46,438 nt of DNA. Source: a virus (taxonomy: Duplodnaviria; Caudoviricetes). The notes beneath the pieces are model-generated. The model did not search any database. It saw only the letters and a list, made by a program, of their open reading frames with translations, and was not told the DNA's origin. The stretch spans positions 1 through 46,438 of IMG/VR virus record IMGVR_UViG_3300035676_000013. The stretch is one strand, 5' to 3'. Positions within the stretch are counted from its first letter, which is position 1, and each line of letters begins with the position of its first letter. Shown here in pieces: positions 1 to 8,096 of the stretch. Position numbers and translations under genes: made by a program.

Positions 1-127
1 ATTCCCACGAGTTGATATGGCAACTACTTTCTACATCACAGCAGGTCTACCTGCACAAGACAATAACTCTGCGAGGACAGCAAACACGTTCTACATGACA
101 GCAGGCCTGCCTGCTAACGATCTGCCA
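1..127. repeat. 127-bp direct terminal overlap (copy 1); circular assembly
   Basis: 1-127 is identical to 46312-46438; the ORF at 45298-46326 and the ORF starting at 17 (=46328) read continuously across the join. Confidence 0.97.
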
Positions 128-214
128 GTGGTGACATCAGGCAGTGGGACCAAGAGAGGCAGGTGGTTGCTGTACACGCTAAAGAGGAGACTGAGTAATG
201 TGGGTCATCACTAA
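17..214 (+). CDS. small hypothetical protein with duplicated TFY(I/M)TAGLPA motif and basic C-terminus
   Basis: ATG 1 nt after the stop of the beta-helix gene across the circular join; internal peptide duplication. Confidence 0.65.
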   Translation: MATTFYITAGLPAQDNNSARTANTFYMTAGLPANDLPVVTSGSGTKRGRWLLYTLKRRLSNVGHH

Positions 215-380
215 GTGGAGAAAAGGACGCAACCTCAAGAAGATGGTAGAGGTTGGCAAGAAGCTGCAGGAACTTGAGGACAAAGGTGCGAGACCTAGCG
301 ACAAGGAATACAATAAGGTTGCCATCGAGTACCTTGAGAGAAGCCTCAAGGAACGCAAGTACAATGCGAGGAACCTATGA
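198..380 (+). CDS. small basic hypothetical protein
   Basis: GAGGAG RBS; ATGA overlap with next gene. Confidence 0.6.
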   Translation: MWVITKWRKGRNLKKMVEVGKKLQELEDKGARPSDKEYNKVAIEYLERSLKERKYNARNL

Positions 381-718
381 TCAAGTACAGAGATGAAACT
401 GTAGATGTCACCGTGGCAAACACAGGCACAGTGTCCACATCATTCAAAGCAGAAAATTGGGTATCATTCCATGGTGCCTACTTCCCTGCTATGGACAATG
501 GTGCGATAGGTCTGCAGGCTAGTTCCGATGACACCAATTTCTACACCATCCTTGACCCAACTGATGGAGAGGCAGTGGTTCTTTGTGCAAGTGGAAGTGA
601 CCCAGGAATGGTTGACTTCAGTGACTTCGTGAGATTCATTCCTGATGGTTACTATTTGCGTTTCACTTGTGCTGCTCAGACAGGTGCAAAGACTATTAAG
701 GTTTTCCGTAGAGGATAG
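377..718 (+). CDS. putative beta-sandwich virion accessory protein
   Basis: Beta-strand-rich, LQASSDDTNFY..YLRF pattern as in small jelly-roll virion proteins; coupled start. Confidence 0.55.
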   Translation: MIKYRDETVDVTVANTGTVSTSFKAENWVSFHGAYFPAMDNGAIGLQASSDDTNFYTILDPTDGEAVVLCASGSDPGMVDFSDFVRFIPDGYYLRFTCAAQTGAKTIKVFRRG

Positions 719-729
719 GAGGAAAGGCA

Positions 730-1182
730 ATGATTGAAAAAACTCCGATAAGGTCTTGTTTCGGATGTGGCACAAGTGCTGCAGGTGGAGCAGGTACAGA
801 GTCCTACATTGAATTGTGGAATGCTGCCACCACAGGAGTAGTTGGTCACGTAAAGCGTGTGGTGATCATCTCTGCAGAAGATGGTGCCGGCACCACGGTC
901 AAGATCAAGTACCACACTGCACAGCAGGGATCGACTGCTCTTACGAGTGGCAATGCACTTCTTGGTGGCAGTGCACCTGCCATTGCAATCTACGGTAATA
1001 ATGCTGCATCAGTCAGTGGCACCCAGGTTGGTGGTCTGATCATCACCACTGCTACCAGAACGGAGTTTGAGTTCAAAGAACCAATCAAGATTCCGCCTGG
1101 GAAAAGCCTGATCTTTGAGAACACCACTGCAGTCAAAGCGATCACCATGCTGCAGATCGAGTGGGACGAGGTGCCGATCTAA
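730..1182 (+). CDS. putative beta-rich virion accessory protein
   Basis: AGGAGG RBS; G/A/T-rich beta pattern; EPIKIPPGKSL motif. Confidence 0.55.
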   Translation: MIEKTPIRSCFGCGTSAAGGAGTESYIELWNAATTGVVGHVKRVVIISAEDGAGTTVKIKYHTAQQGSTALTSGNALLGGSAPAIAIYGNNAASVSGTQVGGLIITTATRTEFEFKEPIKIPPGKSLIFENTTAVKAITMLQIEWDEVPI

Positions 1183-1310
1183 TGGCAGTCAAGCGTGTGC
1201 TTGTCCGGTGCACTCACTGTGGTCACACTTGGTTCGTTGCAAGACCGACCAAGAATGAGAGATGCCCTAAGTGCGACAATACTGGTGTCAGGGTGCTCAA
1301 CCCTGATTAG
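1182..1310 (+). CDS. 42-aa zinc-ribbon protein (not in ORF track)
   Basis: TAATG coupling; translates MAVKRVLVRCTHCGHTWFVARPTKNERCPKCDNTGVRVLNPD with two CxxC pairs. Confidence 0.65.
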   Translation: MAVKRVLVRCTHCGHTWFVARPTKNERCPKCDNTGVRVLNPD

Positions 1311-1319
1311 GAGGAAACC

Positions 1320-3017
1320 ATGCCTGATGAAAAGGCACGAGAGATCCTGGGCCGATACGAGTTTCTAAAGAAGCAGAGAGACAATTGGGTTGACGAGTGG
1401 ATGGACATCAGGGACTACATCCTGCCCAGGACCGGCATGTTTGAGGAAGCAGGTGACGCACCCAACGATGGTGCTGCCAGATATGATTTCCTCGTGGACT
1501 CAACCGCTACCAGGGCAATGAGAGTGCTTGCTGCAGGTATGCAGGGTGGACTCACCTCTCCTGCCAGACCATGGTTCCGGTTGTCTCTATATGATGATCA
1601 ACTCACTGAGTTCAGACCGGTGCAGGAGTGGTTGCACACAGTCGAGAAGATCTTGTATGGAAGGTTTGCCAGAAGCAATTTCTACAATGCGATACACAAG
1701 GTGTACGGTGACGAGGCAGGTTACGGCACTGCAGTCATGTTCTGTGAGGAAGATCCAGAGGACATGGTCAGGTTCGTTGTGTTGTCTCCTGGCGAATACT
1801 GCATTGCTGAGAACCAGAGGAGCATGGTCGATACGGTACACAGGATAGTGTGGATGACCATCAAGCAGATGGCTGAGAAGTTTGGAAAGAACAACCTGCC
1901 TGAGACCGTGCAGCAGGAGTTGAGGAAAGAGTCTGTTGACCCTTATCAATACAGGAAGGTTCTCCATGCCGTGGAGTATCGTGACATCTACGACCCCATG
2001 AAGAAGGACAAGAAGAACAAGCCTGTTAGAAGTGTGTACATCGATTACGACTTGGAGGAGATCATCGAGGAAGGCGGATACAACGAGTGGCCTGCTGCCT
2101 GCCCAAGGTGGGTGATCAGTGGTTCAGACACTTATGGCAGGTCTCCTGGGCATGACATCCTGGCCGATGTGAAGATGCTGCAGGAGATGCAAAGCGACAA
2201 GCTTGCTGCCTTGCAGAAGATGGTTGAGCCACCGTTGAAGTCTGGCGGAAGTCTGAAGAGTGAGGTGAGCCACCTTGCCGGTGGGGTCACGTTCATGGAC
2301 AACGCCACACAGACATCGAGTCTTGAGCCGATCTACCAGATCAACCCTGACATGCAGGGCATGATCATTGCTATCGAGGATGTTCGCAACCAGATCAGGG
2401 AGGGTCTATATAATGATCTGTTCCTGATGTTGGTCAATGCTCCTCAGACTTCGATGACTGCCACAGAGGTGATGGAGAGGCACGAGGAAAAACTGCTCAT
2501 GCTTGGACCTGTCATCGAGAGACAGTTCTATGAACTGCTCAACCCCACGATAGACAGGGTGTTCTCCATCCTTATGAGAGAGGGCAAGATTCCTCCTCCT
2601 CCACAGGAACTGATTGAGGAAGCAAAGAGACAGGGTGATGACAAGATGGATCTCAAGGTTGAGTACATCTCTCTCCTTGCCCAGGCTCAGAAGATAGTTG
2701 CCACTCGTGCCATCGATGCAGTGACAACCTACGCACTGAATGTTGCCCAGGTGAATCCTGCAGTGCTCGACAAGCTTGACGTTGATCAGGCTATGGATGA
2801 GTATGCCAACGCAACTGGTGCTCCGCCAAACATCATCGTATCCGATGACATGGTGCGTAAGACCAGGGAAGTGAAAGCACAGCAAGTTGCCCAGGCACAG
2901 CAACAGCAGCAGATGGCACAGGGTGCCCAAACCATGAAGACCATTTCTGAGGTGAACATGGAAGAGGGGTCTGCACTAAACCAACTACAGAATAGTCTCG
3001 ATTCGGTGCCAAGATAA
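1320..3017 (+). CDS. portal (head-tail connector), BPP-1/T7-like
   Basis: 565 aa; GLTSPARPWFRL, YGRSPG, MTATEVMERHEEKLLMLGPV, VEYISLLAQAQK motifs; AGGAGG RBS. Confidence 0.95.
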   Translation: MPDEKAREILGRYEFLKKQRDNWVDEWMDIRDYILPRTGMFEEAGDAPNDGAARYDFLVDSTATRAMRVLAAGMQGGLTSPARPWFRLSLYDDQLTEFRPVQEWLHTVEKILYGRFARSNFYNAIHKVYGDEAGYGTAVMFCEEDPEDMVRFVVLSPGEYCIAENQRSMVDTVHRIVWMTIKQMAEKFGKNNLPETVQQELRKESVDPYQYRKVLHAVEYRDIYDPMKKDKKNKPVRSVYIDYDLEEIIEEGGYNEWPAACPRWVISGSDTYGRSPGHDILADVKMLQEMQSDKLAALQKMVEPPLKSGGSLKSEVSHLAGGVTFMDNATQTSSLEPIYQINPDMQGMIIAIEDVRNQIREGLYNDLFLMLVNAPQTSMTATEVMERHEEKLLMLGPVIERQFYELLNPTIDRVFSILMREGKIPPPPQELIEEAKRQGDDKMDLKVEYISLLAQAQKIVATRAIDAVTTYALNVAQVNPAVLDKLDVDQAMDEYANATGAPPNIIVSDDMVRKTREVKAQQVAQAQQQQQMAQGAQTMKTISEVNMEEGSALNQLQNSLDSVPR

Positions 3018-3349
3018 TGAGAGAGTTTAAAGCCCCTGACCTTTTAGGAACAAAGGCTAAAGTAGCGGAGCAGAGACAGCACGATGCTGAGTACATGAAG
3101 CAGGTGAAGGGTGCTGCCAAACGTGTCTTTGAGAGCACGGAAGATGGCCGGCTACTTTTCAAATTCATCTTGGACTACTGTGACGTTTTCAAGATGACCA
3201 TGACCGGCAACTCGTGGACCTTCTTCAACGAAGGCAAGCGTGACGTTGGTCTCATGCTCCTGGGTTTGCGTGAAGCCGAATGGGAAGACGAGGTCATGCA
3301 ACGAAGGGAAGAACACTTGAAGAAACTCAATAAGGAGCAAAAGTTATGA
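3017..3349 (+). CDS. conserved post-portal protein (BPP-1 Bbp19-like)
   Basis: F.TEDGR.L..IL..C and FNEGKRDVGL motifs; position after portal. Confidence 0.75.
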   Translation: MREFKAPDLLGTKAKVAEQRQHDAEYMKQVKGAAKRVFESTEDGRLLFKFILDYCDVFKMTMTGNSWTFFNEGKRDVGLMLLGLREAEWEDEVMQRREEHLKKLNKEQKL

Positions 3350-4062
3350 CAGAACCGGTAGCAAGTGGTGCAGCAAAAGAAGGTGGTGGTGATGGTGGTG
3401 ACCAGACTACTACCCAGGCACAGGGAGATTCCACACAGCAAAGTGCTGCTGCTGAGAAGCCCTGGTACAGTGCGTATCCAGAGGATCTTCACGATTCTCT
3501 GAAAGGATACGATAAACCGGAAACCCTAGCTAAAGAGCACCTCACGCTCAAACAAAAGTATGCCGTTCCTGAGAAACCGGAGGAGTACGAGTTCGATGCG
3601 AAAGACCTTGACGAAATCCAGAAGAAATCTCTGGAGGAGTTTCGCAAAGAAGCCAAGGACTATGGACTGACGAAAGAGCAGTTCAAAAGACTTGTCGCTA
3701 GAGGCCTTGAGCAGAACAAACAATTTTGGGAAAGAAGGAAGGCAGAAGAGTCTGAGGCAAAGACCAAGAAGGATGCGGAATCAAGGCAAGGAATAGAGGA
3801 ACTTCAGAAAGAGTGGGGCAATAAATTTAAGGAGAATGTGGACAAGGCCAAGAAGACCATGCAGAACATTTTCCCTGCCTCATTCGGAAAGTTTCTTGAT
3901 GACTCTGGACTTGGCAATGCACCTGAGATGGTCCGTGCCATGGTACGATTGAGCGAGAGCATTAGTGAGGATGTTCTCGTGAAAAGCCAATCAAAAAATA
4001 AAGCCAGTAACCGTGACCCCATGACAGGGGAACCGATGCTGAATTTTACATCTATGAAATAG
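3346..4062 (+). CDS. capsid scaffolding protein
   Basis: VPEKPEEYEF, GLTKEQ, LQKEWG, GLGNAPEMVR motifs; between portal and capsid genes. Confidence 0.8.
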   Translation: MTEPVASGAAKEGGGDGGDQTTTQAQGDSTQQSAAAEKPWYSAYPEDLHDSLKGYDKPETLAKEHLTLKQKYAVPEKPEEYEFDAKDLDEIQKKSLEEFRKEAKDYGLTKEQFKRLVARGLEQNKQFWERRKAEESEAKTKKDAESRQGIEELQKEWGNKFKENVDKAKKTMQNIFPASFGKFLDDSGLGNAPEMVRAMVRLSESISEDVLVKSQSKNKASNRDPMTGEPMLNFTSMK

Positions 4063-4074
4063 GAGGATTTTAAA

Positions 4075-5052
4075 ATGGCCGTTCTTACTGCTGCATCACA
4101 GTTGACCCTTCTGGAACTCGCTAAAAGGAAAGACCCTGATGGCGAATTAGCTGCAATCGCAGAGGTTCTCAATGACACCAACGAGATCCTTAACGATGCG
4201 GTATGGCTTGAAGCCAACGACACCTTTGGACACAAGATCACTCGCAGATCTTATCTGCCTGCAGGATCTTGGAGGAAGCTGAATGCCGGTGTGTCGGCTG
4301 AAGCGTCCAAAACGCAGGAAGTGTACGAGACTATCGGTATGCTTGAGAGTTATGCTGAAGCCGACAAGGATCTCGTAGACTCTGCTCCTAACCCCAAACA
4401 GTTCCGCAATCAGGAAGCTGCAGCTTTCATTGAAGGCATGAGCCAGACCCTGGCTACTACCATTATCTATGGTAGCACCGTGACAACCCCTGAGAAGTTT
4501 GATGGGCTTGCCCTCCGTATGCCTTCTCTCGCTGCGACCACCAACGTAATCGGTTGCGGTGGAACCGGTTCCGACCTGACCTCTATCTACATGGTAGGGT
4601 GGGGTCCGAATAAGGTTTTTATGATCTATCCCAAGGGAAGCAAAACCATGGGCATCAAACACACAGACCTGGGAGAGGAAACCAAAGTTGCGTCCTCGAC
4701 CATGTATCAGGTGTACCGTGACCACTTCCAGTTTAAGTGTGGTCTCGTGGTGAAGGATGACAGGTGTATCGGCAGGGTTGCCAACATCGAAGACGATGGA
4801 ACAAGCAACCTGTTTGACGAAGACAACCTGATCACCATCCTCAACCGGATGCCTGGTGCCGGCAGGAATGTTGTGCTGTACTGCAACGCCACTGTCCAGT
4901 CCCAAATGGAGATTGCTTTGAAGGACAAGAGCAATGTCAATTACACTCCTGGCAGAGGTGAAGGTCTCTCCGGTGAGCCGATTGTCCGTTTCCGTGGGTG
5001 CCCTGTTCGCAGGGTTGACGCAATAACGATCACTGAAGCTGCCATCTCGTAA
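4075..5052 (+). CDS. major capsid protein (BPP-1 Bbp17-like, HK97 fold)
   Basis: 325 aa; NEILNDAVWLEAN, LP..SWRKLNAGV, FDGLALR, GGTGSDLTSIY, FRGCPVRRVDAI. Confidence 0.92.
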   Translation: MAVLTAASQLTLLELAKRKDPDGELAAIAEVLNDTNEILNDAVWLEANDTFGHKITRRSYLPAGSWRKLNAGVSAEASKTQEVYETIGMLESYAEADKDLVDSAPNPKQFRNQEAAAFIEGMSQTLATTIIYGSTVTTPEKFDGLALRMPSLAATTNVIGCGGTGSDLTSIYMVGWGPNKVFMIYPKGSKTMGIKHTDLGEETKVASSTMYQVYRDHFQFKCGLVVKDDRCIGRVANIEDDGTSNLFDEDNLITILNRMPGAGRNVVLYCNATVQSQMEIALKDKSNVNYTPGRGEGLSGEPIVRFRGCPVRRVDAITITEAAIS

Positions 5053-5111
5053 TGATGTGCGTGCATCAGGTATAGCTCTTTAACAAATTTGATAATCAGG
5101 AGGATTTTGAA

Positions 5112-5570
5112 ATGTCTATCATTGATGCTAAATTGCAACTCTGCGATGCTCAGACTCTTGCATCCACCACGACCTCTGGTGTCCATGTCGGTAACATCAT
5201 CGACCTGGGTGCCTACAACTATGACGGTTGGGGTGCGACCCTTGTCCAGTCACCTGGGGAAGGACAGCAACTGTACTTTAACGTGGCAGTCACTACGGTC
5301 CTGAGTGCTCATTCACCCAGGATTCAGATCGCTACAGACTCAGCCCTGGCTTCTTCTGCCATGGCTTCTGCTACCGTTCTGGCCGAAGTGAAACTGCCTG
5401 CCTCTGCTGCTGCAGGGACCAAACGGAGCATTACGTTCCCTTCCGGTGGTTGCCTGAGATACGTGCAGGTGAGGGTGGTTGCCGGTCACAACTCGCAGAC
5501 CGGTGCTATCGAGGCATGGTTGTCTACCGTGCCCAATGATTCTCAGATTCCGACCAACGCCCTTAAATAG
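5112..5570 (+). CDS. capsid cement/decoration protein (Bbp16-like)
   Basis: MSIIDAKLQLCDAQ, NIIDLG, LRYVQV motifs directly after the major capsid gene. Confidence 0.8.
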   Translation: MSIIDAKLQLCDAQTLASTTTSGVHVGNIIDLGAYNYDGWGATLVQSPGEGQQLYFNVAVTTVLSAHSPRIQIATDSALASSAMASATVLAEVKLPASAAAGTKRSITFPSGGCLRYVQVRVVAGHNSQTGAIEAWLSTVPNDSQIPTNALK

Positions 5571-5581
5571 TTGGTCCTTCC

Positions 5582-5609
5582 AGGGTGGGGTGCTTTGGTG
5601 CCCCACCCT
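5582..5609 (+). terminator. GC-rich stem-loop after capsid/cement genes (terminator or mRNA stabiliser)
   Basis: AGGGTGGGGTGC-TTTG-GTGCCCCACCCT, 12-bp stem with two G-U pairs; no U-tract. Confidence 0.55.
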
Positions 5610-5639
5610 ACCTATCAACCATGAAAGGAGTTTGTCCGT

Positions 5640-6503
5640 ATGGAAGATGGTAGTGGGTTCACTGTCCAAGACAAGCGTGGTGTTGATGGTGGTGATCAAC
5701 CCAAAGCTGAAGAGACAAAGAAGCAACCAAGTTTTACAGATCAATGTTTTAACGAGGACATCCTTGGGCCATGGTTTGCCTCAAACATGTTTCCCAACAA
5801 GTACATGATTGATCGACAAACCGGATTGGTAGTCAACAGCAACTGGTCCTACGTGGACCACAACCTTCCCTGGATCATGGTCAACAATGACGGTAGCAGG
5901 GAATGTGATTTCTACAAAGACGTTGACGCAATGCACAACATCATTCCTTCTCCTTGCCGGTGCTGTTGGAAAGTGGTTGTCATGCCCAAGACCTTGAAAC
6001 AGTTGTTCCAACTCCTGCAGATCGAAGAAGCCATGGCGAAGGCAGACCCTTACTGCTTCTGCAAGTGTGGCATAGAACTCAGGCAGGATGTTGAACGCAA
6101 CTATGGTGGGTACTACTATTGCAACGATCTCAACCAGGGTCTGTACCGATTGCAGCAGGTGAGGGCAAACGTGAAAGCCAATATGGAAGATGGCGAAAAC
6201 GTGCCTGTCATTCTGAAGCGAGGGTGCACTGAGTACGAGAGAAAGTTTGGACCAAGTGACAAGTGGGACGAACTGGCTGAGAAAGGCAATTGGGACGCAC
6301 TCTATAGTAGACTGCTCACCGTGTTCAAGATCGACAAGCAGTTTCACAAGCAACCACTGTTGGTACAGAAGCACATCATTATGAAATGGTTCGCATACGC
6401 AACCTCGATAGGAGACCCCACGATACCTGAGTTGAATGGTGGAGAGAAGATGTATCCTGGGTACGTAACCTACGAGATACCGGAGGAGAATAAAGATGCC
6501 TGA
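5640..6503 (+). CDS. Cys-rich hypothetical protein within the structural operon
   Basis: 287 aa; AAGGAG RBS; CRCCWKVVV, CKCGIELR, YGGYYYC, LKRGCTEYE motifs. Confidence 0.8.
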   Translation: MEDGSGFTVQDKRGVDGGDQPKAEETKKQPSFTDQCFNEDILGPWFASNMFPNKYMIDRQTGLVVNSNWSYVDHNLPWIMVNNDGSRECDFYKDVDAMHNIIPSPCRCCWKVVVMPKTLKQLFQLLQIEEAMAKADPYCFCKCGIELRQDVERNYGGYYYCNDLNQGLYRLQQVRANVKANMEDGENVPVILKRGCTEYERKFGPSDKWDELAEKGNWDALYSRLLTVFKIDKQFHKQPLLVQKHIIMKWFAYATSIGDPTIPELNGGEKMYPGYVTYEIPEENKDA

Positions 6504-6849
6504 TAAATACATTTGCATTAGACAGTGTTTCCAACGTAACCCTGGTGGTCACTGGAAACTTTTCAACCTTGGCGAAACCGAATGGTGGGAACACGACCCT
6601 GGCAAGCACTGGTCGAAACTGCCAAGTGGAAAGACTATGACTGCTCTCGATGTGATGGTCGAGAAGTGTGCAGAGATTGGTATCAAGCCAGAGAAGGAGT
6701 GGGACATAGGAAGACTCCAACGTGAGTTTGACCATAAGATGGCTCAGATCGAGAGTGAGCAGAATAAGCAGATCATGGCAAAGACCACTGGTGAGATCGA
6801 TGCTCGTTCAATCAACCCAGGAGAAGACCACTCCAAGAAGAGGAAATAA
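6496..6849 (+). CDS. hypothetical protein
   Basis: GGAGG RBS; coupled to both neighbours. Confidence 0.7.
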   Translation: MPDKYICIRQCFQRNPGGHWKLFNLGETEWWEHDPGKHWSKLPSGKTMTALDVMVEKCAEIGIKPEKEWDIGRLQREFDHKMAQIESEQNKQIMAKTTGEIDARSINPGEDHSKKRK

Positions 6850-8094
6850 ATGGCAAGCAACGATTACGACATTGTGAATCTGGCACTGGTGCGTCTTGGT
6901 GCGAATCGTATCACCTCTCTAAGCGATGGGTCTGTCAATGCTAATGAGGCGAATGCGATTTACTCACTCATCCGTGATGAGATACTCAGAGACCATCCGT
7001 GGAATTTCGCCACGAGGTACGAGTACCTTGAGGAGTTGAACGAGAACGTCCTCTCCGTGCTGTATATCACTGCTGCTGAACCTCCTGTTGTTGTCTTCAC
7101 TGCCACTGAGAATCCTCTCGATGGTGACAGGTATCTCGTGGAGTCAGTTGTCGGAATGACACAGGTGAACGACATCGAATTTGTTGTGGAGAACGTAGAC
7201 CCTGTTGTTGACACTGAGTTGGTCACCAACGGAGACATGGAACTTGACGCATCCTGGGCAAACGTGGCTACACCGACAACCAATGAGAGAAGCACCACAC
7301 ATGCCTACGCAGGTTCATATTCTCGTTACTTCGTTGCTGATGCTGCAAACGATGGTATCCGTTGCGTTGCCTTCACTACCACCACAGGAAAGTATTACTA
7401 CCTATCAGGTTGGGTTTGGCCTTCTGTCACCACGGTCCTTTTAAAGATGTACCGTGGGGCAGGAGGTGCGACCCTGCTCAAAACTGAAACGTGCACCGTG
7501 GTTGCCAACCAGTGGAACTTTGTCGAAAGCTACTGGCAGGAGACCGTTGGTGGTTCCTCCGCCTACTTCTCGATCACGCTCAATGCTGCAGGAAACTGCT
7601 ACTGTGATAACTTCAGTGTGTATCAAGCCGGCACGCTTGAGTTGCATGATGAAGATGGTGCAGAGATCGATGGCACTGCATACACTGCATACACATCAGG
7701 TGGAACTCTTACGTTCACCACACCGGAGGATCACGACTTCTCATACTCGTGGGAATTGCCAAGTAATTGCCTCCGTGTCCTTGAGATCAACCACGACCCT
7801 GACGAAGACTTTGAGGTGATCGAGAACAGGATCTTGATGTGCAACTCAGATCAGGTTGAAGCAAAGATTATTTTCCAGGTGACAGATGTCACAAAGTACG
7901 ACCCCACATTTGTGGACACATTCGCCTGGAGACTGGCAATGGAGCTATGTATAGTACTCACCGGAGACCATCAGAAGGCAACAACGATGGCTCAACAATA
8001 TCGTTTTGCCCTTGCCTCGTGCAAGGCAATCGATGCCTCAGAAGGACGCACACCGCAACCGGTCCATAACAGATACGTATCATCGAGGAAGTAA
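6850..8094 (+). CDS. tail adaptor (tail tubular protein A, T7 gp11-like) with internal insert
   Basis: IVNLALVRLG..HPWNFA at N-terminus and YSWELPSNCLRV..F.DTFAWRLA..DASEG at C-terminus, separated by a ~225-aa insert. Confidence 0.88.
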   Translation: MASNDYDIVNLALVRLGANRITSLSDGSVNANEANAIYSLIRDEILRDHPWNFATRYEYLEELNENVLSVLYITAAEPPVVVFTATENPLDGDRYLVESVVGMTQVNDIEFVVENVDPVVDTELVTNGDMELDASWANVATPTTNERSTTHAYAGSYSRYFVADAANDGIRCVAFTTTTGKYYYLSGWVWPSVTTVLLKMYRGAGGATLLKTETCTVVANQWNFVESYWQETVGGSSAYFSITLNAAGNCYCDNFSVYQAGTLELHDEDGAEIDGTAYTAYTSGGTLTFTTPEDHDFSYSWELPSNCLRVLEINHDPDEDFEVIENRILMCNSDQVEAKIIFQVTDVTKYDPTFVDTFAWRLAMELCIVLTGDHQKATTMAQQYRFALASCKAIDASEGRTPQPVHNRYVSSRK

Positions 8095-8096
8095 CC

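Noticed and set aside
1-127. Terminal repeat as a biological direct terminal repeat
   Set aside because: 127 bp equals a common assembler k-mer size and the repeat cuts through coding sequence; read as a circularisation overlap.
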